Program-made: the position numbers and the translations under genes
Source: Ascidiella aspersa
Taxonomy: Eukaryota
Assembly: GCA_963924565.1 (NCBI GenBank)
Contig: OZ004607.1
Coordinates: forward strand, 27,032,001-27,096,000
DNA length: 64,000 nucleotides
Direction of reading: 5' to 3'
Notes under the pieces: generated by a model
What the model was told of the DNA's origin: nothing
The model's input: the letters and a program-made list of their open reading frames with translations, nothing else
The model's database searches: none
Shown here: positions 12,601-24,759 of the stretch, piece by piece
Layout: every line of letters begins with the position of its first letter
Numbering within the stretch: position 1 is the stretch's first letter

Positions 12601-15600
12601 GCAGTGATCGAAAAGCAGAAACCTGCTGCCAATGGTGTTGGATTCCTTAATGATATTTCATTTTTAAATGATCACTTAAGAAGAATCAATAATGCTTAGG
12701 GGGAACGCAATTTACCTATTTAAAGTTTTAAATATGTATATATTGTATTAGGCAATAAAAAACCCACTATCACTATAAATCAATTGTATTTAGTTCCATT
12801 ATTTTATATAATTATTTAATTTTTAATTTTTTTAGTTCGATATTTTTTATTTTGAATTGTAAACGTATGCGAAGTACGTTTGTCGTTTAGGCACTATGTT
12901 AACAAACAGTGTGCGAACTTACGCATGGCAAAATCCGAGCGTCCATATCGGATAGCGTCGCGAGAGTCTGCGTTTTATCAAAGTAGCCTTATCGCCAGCA
13001 AAAAGGTCCGCTAGATTTTTAGTCAGCTGTTACCTCAATTATGGGAATATTTCGCTGTTTGCTTGGCTGTTTACTTTACGATAACGGCATGGCGGCCGAA
13101 ACGAGGCGCAAAGTTTATAATTGTTGGACAAAACACTTCCATAGACAAATATTAAACGGTTTCCTCGTGCGTCTGTGCCTCGATCAAAAGTTTATAGCAG
13201 GATGGTGTGTTTAAGAGTCCAGTTAAACGCAATAATTTTAACGGGTTCTCCGGTATTCCCCTAAAACCTTTTAGGGGCAGCAAAAATTGCCCTACGTAGC
13301 CTAATGGTTTGGAAAGCGGGCGCCCGTCCTTCATAAGCAACGCCTACTGACCGTAGATACGTTGGATTCGCAGGTTTAGTATAATAAATAGTAGAGTATG
13401 AAAAAAGGTTGAGCGTCCAGCCCGCCCAAAAGTAACCACGAAATATACCCTCCAGTCGGTCGAGACGCTTCTGCATGTGCGCATTGCTGTTCTTGAGGTA
13501 TTCCATTTCGGTTCCGATTCCCTTCACCTTCTCCTCGTTGCCGGACACCCGCCGATCATAGCTGTTTAGATCCTGTCGGATCGCTGTTGAGCAGGGTTGC
13601 CAGTTAAGAGTTTTTAAAGCCAAATTTGAAAATTTAGATTTTTTTAAACCCCTTTGGATTTTATTTTAAAAAAAATCCATATGAAATTTGGCTTTTTAGG
13701 CTTTTTTTAGTTCTATTTAAAAATTTCAGTCTTATGTTAAAAAGAGTTCGTATGTTAAAAAGAGATAACACAAAAAGAGAAAACTTGCCAAAAAATTCAC
13801 AAAAAGGGAAAAATTGCCAATTTACAAAAAAAGAAACAAATTAAAAAAATTGCCACAAAAAGAGAAATTCATTGTACCAGCATGACCAATTATTGCATTA
13901 TTTTGTTTATTTTTATGAAAAACATAGGCTTGTTAGAGTTTGTAGTAGATTTGGCTTTTTTTCGAGATACGACCATCTGGCAACCCTGCTGTTGAGAGAG
14001 AGAACGAAAAGTCAGCGCCGCGCTTTCTATGGTCCTGGACTTTTGACTTCCGCCTTGCGCAGTGGGTAACCCACTAACCACGCTAATAGGCCGCACCGAG
14101 CGTGCCACCCAATGCGTTGCTGGTGCTATTTCAATGAAGGGAAACGCGGCGTCCTGTCGTTTACGCGGGTTGCTGAACTGCACTTTCGAAACCGGATGCG
14201 ATAGTAGTTCAGGTGAACTACTTGTAGTTCAGGTGAACTACTTGGAGAAACTAGACCCTGTTCACACGGTCCAACTGCCAGTAAGCCACAGTTAACAAAA
14301 TTAAAAAGGCATGTATGATTGCTGTTGTTGTTTACAAAAAATAAAATCTAGATGTTTTTAAATGTAAACAGTTTTTTAATTTAACGGCGTAAAGAGTTTC
14401 GACAGTAATGAAATGGGCAATTACTTTCTCTTTCACCCTTAAGAAGGCGGCTTGGGTAGATTTTCGAAACGTTTGATTAGAAAACGAATCACCAGATGAG
14501 CTATTTTTATCAATATAATGCCTTGCAACTGTTTTACACATTTCACTTTTTCGGTTATCCATGCTGCGTATAACTCACGTTAAGGTAAGGCCGACCCTTA
14601 CCTCCCAATCTCATCGACAGAGTCTGGGTCATCGTCACACGCAGGTTATTCCCCTCGGCCGAAATCTGGCCGCCCATCCGACGCATCTCGTTCTCGAGGT
14701 CGTTCATCCTCCGCGCCAGGGCGCCCTGGCTGAAGAAGCCGGGGTTTATATACGGGTAGCGAGCCTGCGGTTGGCCCTGTTGGCGCTGGGACTGGGTCTG
14801 CTGCTGCTGGACCGGCCTCTGAGCACTCTGCTGGCCCGAATGGTGCTGGCTTGTCGAGTGTTGCTTCGGTGGGGCCACTCGCGGCGGCACGACCCGGCGG
14901 TTGCTCTGAAAGCAGCGTTTTGAAAGTTGTGTTCACATATAACAAACCTACAAACCATAGACTGTACCGGTATGCAAACCTTGCCACAAAAACACACTGA
15001 CACAAAAACGAGTAGTTCTCGGTTCGGCAGTTTTTCTGAAAGCAGCACAATCTTTGAAAGATCGTTGTTAAAAGTAGGTGCGTTAAGCACACATTAAAGC
15101 AGGGGTGGGCAACCTACCGACCCATAACCCGTGTACAAGCACCAACGCAACAAAAACGTGCAGTTTTAGCCGGAAATTAGAACTCTCAGATAAAACTGGA
15201 AAAAAAAACAATCTACACTGTTTTTTGTTTTGTTTTGTTCCGAAGTGTTTTAAACTTATAGATATTGACCTTATTGTAAAAATGGTTTTTTTATTGTTTA
15301 AAATAGACACACATGAAATCCTTCAGCAAAAAAATGTAAAATGGTCTATAGCCGAAGTGTGGTAAATTTTAATTTTTTTGCATCACTATAATAGCACCAC
15401 TATAATAAAGAATGTGACCCAACTTGTTAGCAGAGAATAATATTCTTTTTTACAAGAACTTTATACAGGTAACGGCCAAAACGCCACAAGCTACCGACGC
15501 TTCTAACCAATGGCACCGATAAATACCAAGTTATAGCCTTTCGACTGTTTTAGCGTAGTTTGGAGCGAAATACTGGCGACTAGCGATACGCGGTTGTATT

Positions 15601-17254
15601 TTCAACTATATTCTATCCACCAGCCAGAGGAAACTTCAGACATACTACAGTGGCGCCCAAAAGTCGCAAAGTTTTCCATAAAAATTATTGACCATATGTG
15701 GTCAACTGTTGGGCATTTTGTCGGGCAATAAAATGCCCATATATTTGCAAGAGAAATGCGCAACGCGCTTATTATCAAAAGGAGTGAAAATATTGGGTAG
15801 TATGTTGGCTAAGAGGTTGGCCTACATCAGTCCGAATAAACTAATATTTGGTTGTACTTGCGAAAGCAAATATTAAAAAATACTCCTATTTTGCGTAGAT
15901 AACAAAAAAAGAGCTCTACAACTTTGTGTTGACGCAGAGGTGAACTTATGTTAAATCATAAAGGCGATTTTTACTCTCCGCCTCGCTACTATTTACTCCA
16001 TTAAATACAGTTTGCAAAATAAAAAACGGTTCCACTGAAGAGACGAAAAACTCGCATTGGGATTAAACTGTATGTCAACACCTGGTCCACTATAAAAGCC
16101 AACAGCCACCGGGCTCCTGACAGCAAACACAGGGCGTGGCCGCAACAGAAGTCAGCAAATAAGCATCGGGGGTCAGGCAAATATGACCTGGTCTATTACT
16201 TGTTTGACAGACCTAGTAACATGGTACGTTTCGAGCAACAAGGCAATGCTTCAAGTGAACTTTTGTCCCTGTAAACAAACTGCAATGTTTGGAGTCGTTG
16301 AACTTGTTACCTTTACCCCAGTTCAGTCCATTATTTCAGTGGCAGACAATAAATAATTGTAAAAGACAAAAACCAAACCTCAAACACCATCAAAATTACT
16401 AAGCTTATACGTTAACAGCATAGGGCGGTTTGGTTGTAGGCACGATGTAATGTTAACAGCAGCAAGTGCCTACATAGACGTGAAGACAATCAAACTAATT
16501 GTAAAACTTTACCTATCTCCTAATTGGCTATACATAACGGAAAACGTTTGTTATGTAATAGAATCTACAAGTACCTTAAAAAAAAATAATTTTTGAATAA
16601 ATATTGTATTATTCTGCTTAAAAGCTTCATGTTTTTACATACATTTCAAGATATATCCGGTGTTTAAACAGCAACTCACAAGTGACAAATGACACAACAA
16701 AACCTACCACAGAAGAAGGTGATTAAGGTCAAATAAGCTTTATAAAATTCAAGATAAAGGAAGACCAATAACATAAACTACTGGGGCAAAACATTTATGA
16801 ATAATTTTAATTCAACATTCATAAATAATGTTACGTCTTGGGTCCACAAAGAGTAAACCAATCGTTTTGTAAACCCTAATTATTAAAACAAATAAAAACG
16901 AATTTGTAATATGTTAACTTTTTGTTTAATACTACCACATGCTTTTTATTTTGAGTATTCTTGTTTATTTACCGGTACATGTTTACATGATTTTATGGAA
17001 ACTCTGGTAAATAAATAAAGACATTTTTGTTTAATTAGTAACAAAATAAAATAGTAGCTCCGAGTTGAATTCGCAGTGTGAACTTTGAACATCCTTTATT
17101 TATTATTTTGCGCTTAAATTGCATGTGAGTTTTTGCGCAAAAGTGAATCACATTTACTTACCAAATTAAGCCCCGGCGTTCGTTGCGAAAGTACTTGGCC
17201 GAATTCCAAAAGACTCACGGCAACCAATATCGTTAATTGAATCCGCTTAGCCAT
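651..17254 (-). CDS. Large secreted coiled-coil glycoprotein (EMILIN/multimerin- or scavenger-receptor-like architecture; family unresolved), 3' incomplete
   Basis: Phase-consistent GT-AG exons: 17254-17162 (MAKRIQLTILVAVSLLEFGQVLS signal peptide), 14905-14602, 13583-13449, 12071-11964, 11680-11528, 11111-11031, 10789-10653, 10245-10104, 9809-9676, 9240-8693, 8514-8370, 8123-7508, 7269-7112, 7050-6853, 5244-5024, 4126-4031, 2569-2154, 1707-1544, 789-651. About 1329 aa, heptad-like L/E/Q/R-rich, ~18 NxS/T sequons. Last exon ends in phase 1 with no stop codon. Confidence 0.85.
4515..4892. mobile_element. hAT-type MITE (degenerate)
   Basis: Termini CAGTGGTTTTCAAC ... GGTAAACCACTG; no clean TSD. 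Confidence 0.6.
5688..6165. mobile_element. hAT-type MITE with internal GACTT repeats
   Basis: TIR CAGTGTTGTAA ... TTACAACACTG; many subterminal GACTT(G) repeats; imperfect 8-bp TSD CGAACTAT/CGAATTAC. Confidence 0.75.
6213..6830. mobile_element. hAT (Charlie-like) MITE
   Basis: Perfect TIR CAGGGGTCGGCAACC/GGTTGCCGACCCCTG; perfect 8-bp TSD GTTTAGGC (6205-6212, 6831-6838). Confidence 0.92.
13592..13988. mobile_element. hAT-type MITE inserted at a splice acceptor
   Basis: TIR CAGGGTTGCCAG/CTGGCAACCCTG; perfect TSD CTGTTGAG (13584-13591, 13989-13996). Confidence 0.92.
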
Positions 17255-17733
17255 GATTACAGAATTTGAATTCCAGCTGTTTTCTTAGCTTTTTACTATA
17301 CGCGGCAAAACGAGAAATCGTCTACCATTTGTGTGCTGCTGGAAAAAAATACGTCTTTATCAACAGAAAAATGGCAAGTTATTTTATGGCATTTATAGCC
17401 TCGCTCGATGGAAAATATGAAAATATTGTGCCCACGAAATATATTTTGGGAAGCATGAATTTAGTAAAATGCGTACAAGTTATCAAATTACCTTTGTGTC
17501 AATTGTATGCTTATTATAATTTTGTTGTAAACTTTAGGTGTACTTCGTTTCACTAAATGTCTACTTGGCTTTTGACTAAAATAATATTTCAGTACTGGTT
17601 GAGTGGTCTGCTACAAAGCCATAAATATTACTCTTCGTAGCGCTTGTAAGTATTTTTATATAAATTTAGAAAATAACCGTAGCAAAATCAATCCGAAAAT
17701 TGAAAATGCGAGGTATAGGCCTATGCCCTAGGC

Positions 17734-18030
17734 CAGTGGTTCTCAACAGTTTATGGCTTGCGGCACCCCTCAGAAATAATAAATAGATTGCGGCACCCTG
17801 CGAGATTTTTCCGTGGGTAAATCACCAGAATGTCACAAAAATCGGAACTGGAACAACACACATCAACTCTACACGTAGGAAGTTACAAATGGATTTATTC
17901 CAAATTACACAAAAAGTTGTAAAAGTTGAGCAAAAATCAGATTCCTAAAGATTCTCAAATATCTCTCGGCACCCTTTGGCATTAGAAATGGCACCCCATG
18001 GTGCCGCGGCACCCCGGTTGAGAACCACTG
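17734..18030. mobile_element. hAT (Charlie-like) MITE
   Basis: TIR CAGTGGTTCTCAAC/GTTGAGAACCACTG; perfect TSD CCCTAGGC. Confidence 0.92.
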
Positions 18031-20287
18031 CCCTAGGCCTACAATAGTTTTCCTGTTTAAGCAACCGAAAAGCTTTGTCAAAATAACCCTATACTACGGC
18101 ATTTGTAATTTTTGTGTTCGGTCGACCAAACTAGACAACCAAGTTCACGTAACACTGCTTTTATTTCTTAAAACGATGTATTTTGGCAATATATATAATA
18201 ACGAGCGCCACTTTTTAGGCTAAAATACCAGGAACGTTAACTTTTAAAGCACAATATAAGTTCTATAGTACAGAAGCAGTGAAACACTGAAATTCACCTT
18301 GGTAATCTATTTTCTGCAGGAGCTCTATGCTAAACAAGCGAAAGCTATGGCCGGTAAAATATTTAACAACCAAAACTAAATGTTTTTCCAGTTCTTTTTA
18401 CAGAGGCGAGCCTTTGGCTATGTTGACCAGCTAAAATCTTACTTAAAAGCTAATTGAGACCAAACGAAATAAAGCACACGCGCTGAAGCTGCTTTGTCAA
18501 TTGAAAGACGCACGTCGCACACGGCACACGTCGCCTGGCCTTTCTTTCCGCCTCTAAGCTGTTGACGCTGCCCAAGACTTTTCGAACCGGTTAGCAAGCG
18601 CTCACTTGTTTCCCAACCTTTCTGTGGTATACTCGGGCCAGAGAAAACATGCTAAACCGTAGGCTAGTCTCGTTTAGTTAGTATTATTAAGATTAGTTCT
18701 AGTCAAGATTTTTTTCAAAAATGAACACAATTTCGGAAGCAAGCAATACGAAGACATGGTCCATACTAATTAATTTTTAATTTTTTTGAGGCTCCGGATA
18801 ATTTCTGCTTCGTTCATTCCAAGCTTAAAATAAATTGAATGAAGAGATAAGGGTCGCTAAAGCTTTGCTGTTAAACTTACGCTTAGTACTTGTCTAGCTG
18901 TGAAAAAAGGTTGACAGACAAGAAATGTTAATCGATTCGTTGCACAAGTAAGATCTCGAATCAAAATTAATCTGTGCCAATAACTTTACCAACAAAAAGT
19001 CGATTTCAAAATATATAGAAATAAAAAGTAAAACGTTTGACTATATTGTGGAGATTTACAAGCAGATCCAACTTGATTACGATAAAACAACTAAACGACT
19101 TACATTTCATTCTCCCTAATTATTTTTATCGGCTTATTGCGATAATTAACTGCAGCCAAAGCAAGTTAAACCGTTTAAATTTTCTGTTGCCAGTCCTTCT
19201 AAAGTCAATTTATTTTTCAAAATGTGATTCGGTGTTTTAATTTGTTAAGTATGTAATTTGATTAAGGCGTTTCCAATGATGGTTAATTTATTTTTTCAAA
19301 TTTGGTTTAGTTTCGGATTTAATTTGGAGCAATTTGAAAGCTCCAATCTATTTCGGGTTCGATAAAAGTTGTTTTTAAAACCAGTTTAATATGTTTCGTA
19401 ATAGGACTACCCGATGGTTCCATCATATGATCTATTACTGTTAGCGTGTGTAGTCAGTGTCACTGAAATGCTTTTAATAAAATAAAAATTTCCTTGAATA
19501 AAAGAATCTGCCTGAATCCGAATTATAAAAATATACGAGTCTGATCGCACATCGATTAATAAGTTTAAAGTAGAAAACTTAAAAATTGAAAATTAGTTTG
19601 TTTGGAAGGTTAACGATAGGCCTCCATATATTTTACTCATAAACAGTAACAGAATCTAAAACACAACAAAATATCAAGCAAGAAGCACGCTGATAGAAAA
19701 AATACTATAGGTTAATTTTAATGTTACGCCTTTGTGTAAATAATACTAATACGCTTAAAAAAATTTTTTATAGGAAACTTTATTGCATTGTTAAGTTTTT
19801 CTGTCGGTCAGATGTTTTCTTACATGTTGGTCGCGAACCAGTGCTGGATCTCCTGACAATTCTTCTGGGTCGCCTGTTAAATTTCCAGAGCGATTAAACT
19901 AAAATAGAAAAAGGATCATAACAAATTGGAAAAATATGTACATAAAATACTAAAGACTACTATTAACGCTTGTTCTACCTCGCAATAATATCTCGTATAG
20001 TTTCTATATGTTAAACAAAAAAAAAACGATTTGACCATCGTAAACGTCTGTTTCTTGAATCCTGGAACATAGGCCATAAACCAGCGGCCGGACACCACGA
20101 ATATAAAAAAACGTTATTTTACATTTTATTTTCAGCTCCATACAAATAGGTGTTAAAAGAAACAACTGAGTAGTGCCAGTGCGTCGTCTCTCCTATAGAT
20201 TTTTGTTTTGAACGTTGGTTTTAGCGCATTGTAATCTCCGTTTTGGGTCGATTTATTTTGCGTATTATTGGGCGTGGTGTTTTTATA

Positions 20288-20328
20288 TTATCTGATGAAG
20301 GCATCCTGGATGGGTAAACGTCGGATAA
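20288..20328 (+). ncRNA. Degenerate minimal hammerhead ribozyme relic
   Basis: TTAT-CTGATGA-AG-GCATCCTGGATG-GGTAAA-CGTC-GGATAA: CUGAUGA core, CATC/GATG stem II, ACGT palindrome, then C and a GGATAA stem-I arm. GAAA is mutated to TAAA. Confidence 0.4.
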
Positions 20329-21019
20329 AACAAATACCGAAAGAACTTGTTTTCAGTATAAAAACCTGATACATTAAATACTTTTCGAGCGCGTGGAGAT
20401 TGAAGAACGATTTCGTTTGCAGGACTACCTAACAGAAACTCCGAAAGGCGTTTTTTCGCGGTCTTTTAACAAAATAAAGGAGTTGTGTGTGGTGGTGGTG
20501 GTTCTTAAGTTTGCTTTTTTTCACGTTTTAACGTACCTTTGTAGCGTTACGTTATGATTAGGGCGATTATTTTTTGACCTAAAAAATAGGAAATTTTGAC
20601 CTGAAAATAATTTATTTTGACAAAATTTTGACCTGTTAGAAATACATTGATTTAAATAACCTATAGGCGTCGTTAATCACGCGTTTTTTATACCGTAGAT
20701 TGCTCTAATAAAGATATAATACGGTGGTTAAAATGGCTTTGAACACCCGATTCGATTTGTTTTTAACGCTTGTAGCGCTCGTATTAGGATAATTTGGGGC
20801 TTTGAAGCGTCTGTGTTAGAACATGTGTTAAAAATTGGAATCGGGTGCTTTGAACATATATCAAAACAATTTTTTTTTTCACTTGGAACTTCAAAATGCG
20901 ATTATTAGTATTATTAATAAGTGTAATATGTACTACTTATGAAGGTTAAAAATATTATACATTATTCATTTGCCCCTTTAAGTATTTGGGTCACGCGTCT
21001 TAATCTAATGCGAAATCAA

Positions 21020-21715
21020 AATCGAGCGCAAAACGCCGTTTTTCGTCTTTTGTTTGGTCGACCGTAAACGATGGAAGTTTTTCTCTTTCGTTATTTGTTT
21101 AGCTTAACTGATTAGCAAGTGTGTATTCGACAATTGACAACGCTAAGTCAAACCTTCTTTATTTTTTTCTCGCTAAAAAACGTCGAGTTATATAGACACA
21201 ACTTATTTCCCCTCAACCGCAGCTAATTGTAATTTAGCTGACTTAGCACACAGCACGGCGCAGATGTTGCGCTAATCGTGGCATAATAACACGCGGAAAA
21301 AACGATCTTCGTTTAGTATTGCAGGTGGTAAAAGACGTGCTTGTAATTTAGCACTTGTTCCGTTCATGGACCTTGAAAACTGCGCTACTGATAGTCGAAT
21401 TATGTGTGATTCTACCACAATTAGTCACACATATTTCACGGTCTTCTTTTTTTTTTTCGCCCCAAGTTAACGATTGCACACTGATTTCGCAGCTGGCGCC
21501 TGATAGGATTGTCGACGACGCACGCGGTCGCTTTTGCAGGACGTATTTGGCTGTTTCTAATTATTTTTTTCACACGTCTTGCAATCACCATTCTATGACG
21601 TCATACTGTCACTGTTTTATGACGTCATCATTCATTAACGTCAGACGAACAATAGAGGAATTCCCTAAGTTAAAAATTCAGGATCCCCCTTTTTAATTTT
21701 CTGGTTACGCTCCTG
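21020..21715. repeat. Dispersed repeat, copy A (PIF/Harbinger-like terminus)
   Basis: Reverse-complement homologous to 35062-35495 (e.g. TTTGGTCGACCGTAAACG, GAATTCCCTAAGTT). Confidence 0.7.
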
Positions 21716-22037
21716 ATTGCCCCCCCTGGAAAATTTTCTGCGGGCGCCCCTGGTATACGGCATAGTTGTGTGACCGCCCACGTTGTTGCGTCGTAGATTA
21801 ATTTCGTTGCGATAAACTGAGGTATGATTATTGTTTAAAAATTCTAGTGCTGACTGCTGAATGCTGATAGAATTTATCTTTAGCTTCTAATACTTGCGTT
21901 TTGCAAGTAGTTGTGTACTATGATGGGTGGTTAGCACTTTTAATGCATTTTGCAATTGTTTTTGTTTTACTCAAAAATTGTACAGTTGTCGTTAGGCGGC
22001 ATCTAGGTGGTAGTACGAATAAAATGTCGGCAGCTTG

Positions 22038-24245
22038 CAATGGGATGGTTTCCACCACTAGGGGTCGCGCGGACCGACTCAGATGAAGTCGCATTTTTTT
22101 ACAATGGCGATAGGTCTGAGACTGGCACTATTTGGTCGATAATTCAGTTATTAGGGCCGTTTGCGACATTTTGACCGGTTTAACTGGTAAGTTTATCCCT
22201 GTAGTCACTATCAGACCATTTTTTTTCAATTTTTATCGCAAAGAAGTATGTGAACATTGCTTTTTCCAGTCATCAAACTATCCTGGCAATAAATTGTTGT
22301 AATTTACGCCTTTCCCACTCCCCGAATCAAAGACTGAATTGTTATTTAAGTTAGTTTACGATTTTAGCTTGTTATCACACTCAGAAAATCTTTCACGAGA
22401 AATTTGTTTGGCAAGGTGGCTGTGGTATGTTTTGGGGTAAGCTTCTAGTTATTGGTCCAGAAAGTGCATTAAACTAGCATGCATTTACCAAGTGAAAGGG
22501 TTTACCATAATGAAGTTAGATATATTGGTCAATTTTTACTAATAATGTTGTTTATAATTTTCTGAAGTTAGTGAGAATTTTGTGTAAACTTCTAGAAAAT
22601 ACTTGTTTGGTAATATTAAACCTGCTATGCATTCTCTTCCTGGGTTAACAATTTATGGAACTAAAGAAACTGGTACTGGAATACAATTTAAGCAGATGCT
22701 GCTTTCCAAGTGATCTAACAGGTAAAAGTTTTTTTTCTACCTCTAGTTCTCCCTGATTATATTAGTTTGTTATATGCAGTTTTTTTAAGTTATGGGATTC
22801 TTTAACGGTGTTTGATTTAGTTGAAATAAATAATAATCTATAATTCAAAAAATACACTTGTTTAGTTGCTATACTGTTTTATTTGTAGCAAATAATCATT
22901 ATCTTATAAAAATTATTTATACCGTTTTTATAGGTTTGGAATCAAAACAGACAAATCTGGAAATATAATTTCTACAAGGGAAGATTCAAACAAGCCTGCA
23001 TTAAAAAACTCTTTTAATCATGTTCTTGATGTCATATACTACAGTTCACACCTAACAAAAAGTCAACAGTTTTGCTTGTTTTATTAAACTTCATAATATG
23101 CATTTATTTTTTGTATGATACTAAGTGAAACAAAATTATACAGTTGTTTTAAACGCTGCGAATTAAATTGATGCTTTACAAACCTGAAGTACACAAAAAA
23201 CCACAAGTAAAAAACATTCTACTAAATTTCATATTAAAATCAGTACAATATTATTCTAGTGATTTGACTACTATTTGAAGAATGATAAGATTCATTGTAG
23301 TTGTGACTTGTTTGTAACATTGGAAACTGACAAACTTCTTTCATTGTCCTGGCGTTGTTCGACAAATATACGGTTTCTTTGTCAAGATGTAAGATTTCAG
23401 TTCTGTAGCTAAAATATTCTTCGGAATTCAGCAAGTGCCTGATTTTTCAGCCAAATGCACAAGCTTGCTTGATAGTGTCTGGCCTAGGGCTCTAGGCTAT
23501 ATTTATTCAATTTTGGTAAAACCACACGAGGTCACTTGTAAGAAAGGTTATAATAAGATAACATTTACAAAATTACACCCATTTCAAAACAGTACAAATA
23601 GTTAGTTGTTTTAAAAGGATGTGGATCACTCGAATATTTTCCTAAGATGTGAGGTATCTTGTACGAAAAGGTGTTAAATTAATGTTGAGTAAAAAAGAAA
23701 TATCTGGTGAAAAATTTAAGTTAATTCACAAGCAATACAATATCCTTTAGAATACTATACAGAAGATATATTTTCGAATTAAAAATGACTGTTAAAAAGT
23801 GTGAATGAACTTGCAAAATGCAAAGGTTAAAAAACAGCAGTACCACAAAAAACTACAATATTCCCTCATAAAAATGCTTATTTCAGCTTTGTTCGCAACT
23901 AGCTGGCCTTAAATATTCTAATTACATTTTATTTATAATTTAAAGTTGACGCAAATGCTTCCTGGTTTTAACCGAAACCCTATTTTAAGTACAAAATTAA
24001 AGTTGTAACAGTACATGTTTAACAACTTCTCGCTACCAGCATTTGACGAAATTGCGAATAAAAACTGATTATAGGTATTAATTAAAGTTAACTTTAAACG
24101 AATAATTAGCTTCATAATAGATTCTACAAAAACAAAGCGCGAAAACACGTAATTGAAAACCACGGATTACCATTGTAAAAGATAGGCGCTCGCAACTGTT
24201 CATCTGACTCACGCAACGCCTCTAGTGGTGGAAACCATCCCATTG
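22038..24245. mobile_element. 2.2-kb non-autonomous TIR element, superfamily unassigned
   Basis: Perfect 24-bp inverted repeat CAATGGGATGGTTTCCACCACTAG (22038-22061) / CTAGTGGTGGAAACCATCCCATTG (24222-24245), with weaker inner similarity (TCAGATGAA). No long ORF and no clear TSD. Confidence 0.7.
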
Positions 24246-24759
24246 AATTATTGAAATCCTTATTAGCGATTTGTTGTATTTGTCTGCCACTCAGTGTCGC
24301 CATATTTGTTATTATGACGCCATAAGCTACATTATTCTAGTGATTTGGCTACCTGACTTTTAAGATATTGGAAAAGGATTATAAATAGTTTGGAAAAGAA
24401 TAACCGGTTAAATAAAACAATACCGGTTATTTAAAATTTGGGGTTTGGTTCAACTTCATAGTTTATGTAATTATAGAAAATATAGTGTGTACTGTATGGG
24501 TTCCAGCCCACTTGAATCTCTTTAGTTTAAGGTTGCCGCCAAATTGGTGTTAGGTAATAGGTTTTGTGGATGGAACACGAACTGTCGTTATTCGACATTA
24601 ATCAATCACAACAGCAATAGGGTTATCTCCTTTGTGTTTAAACTGTTATATTATACAAAATATTGATGTTTACATGTTTTATCCCAGTTATGTTTAGACA
24701 CTTACATAAAGTGAATGTTTGAAGCAAAGTTGAGCTGTTACATTAAAAAAAAAAACGGC

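Noticed and set aside
15970-16057. Alternative first exon for the coiled-coil gene (MRVFRLFSGTVF...)
   Set aside because: Stops after 18 codons unless frameshifted; 17254-17162 gives a clean signal peptide and a phase-0 GTAAGT donor.
16031-16060. CTGAAGA-GAC-GAAA hammerhead-like core
   Set aside because: Only 3 nt between the cores, so no stem II, and no stem I/III pairing.
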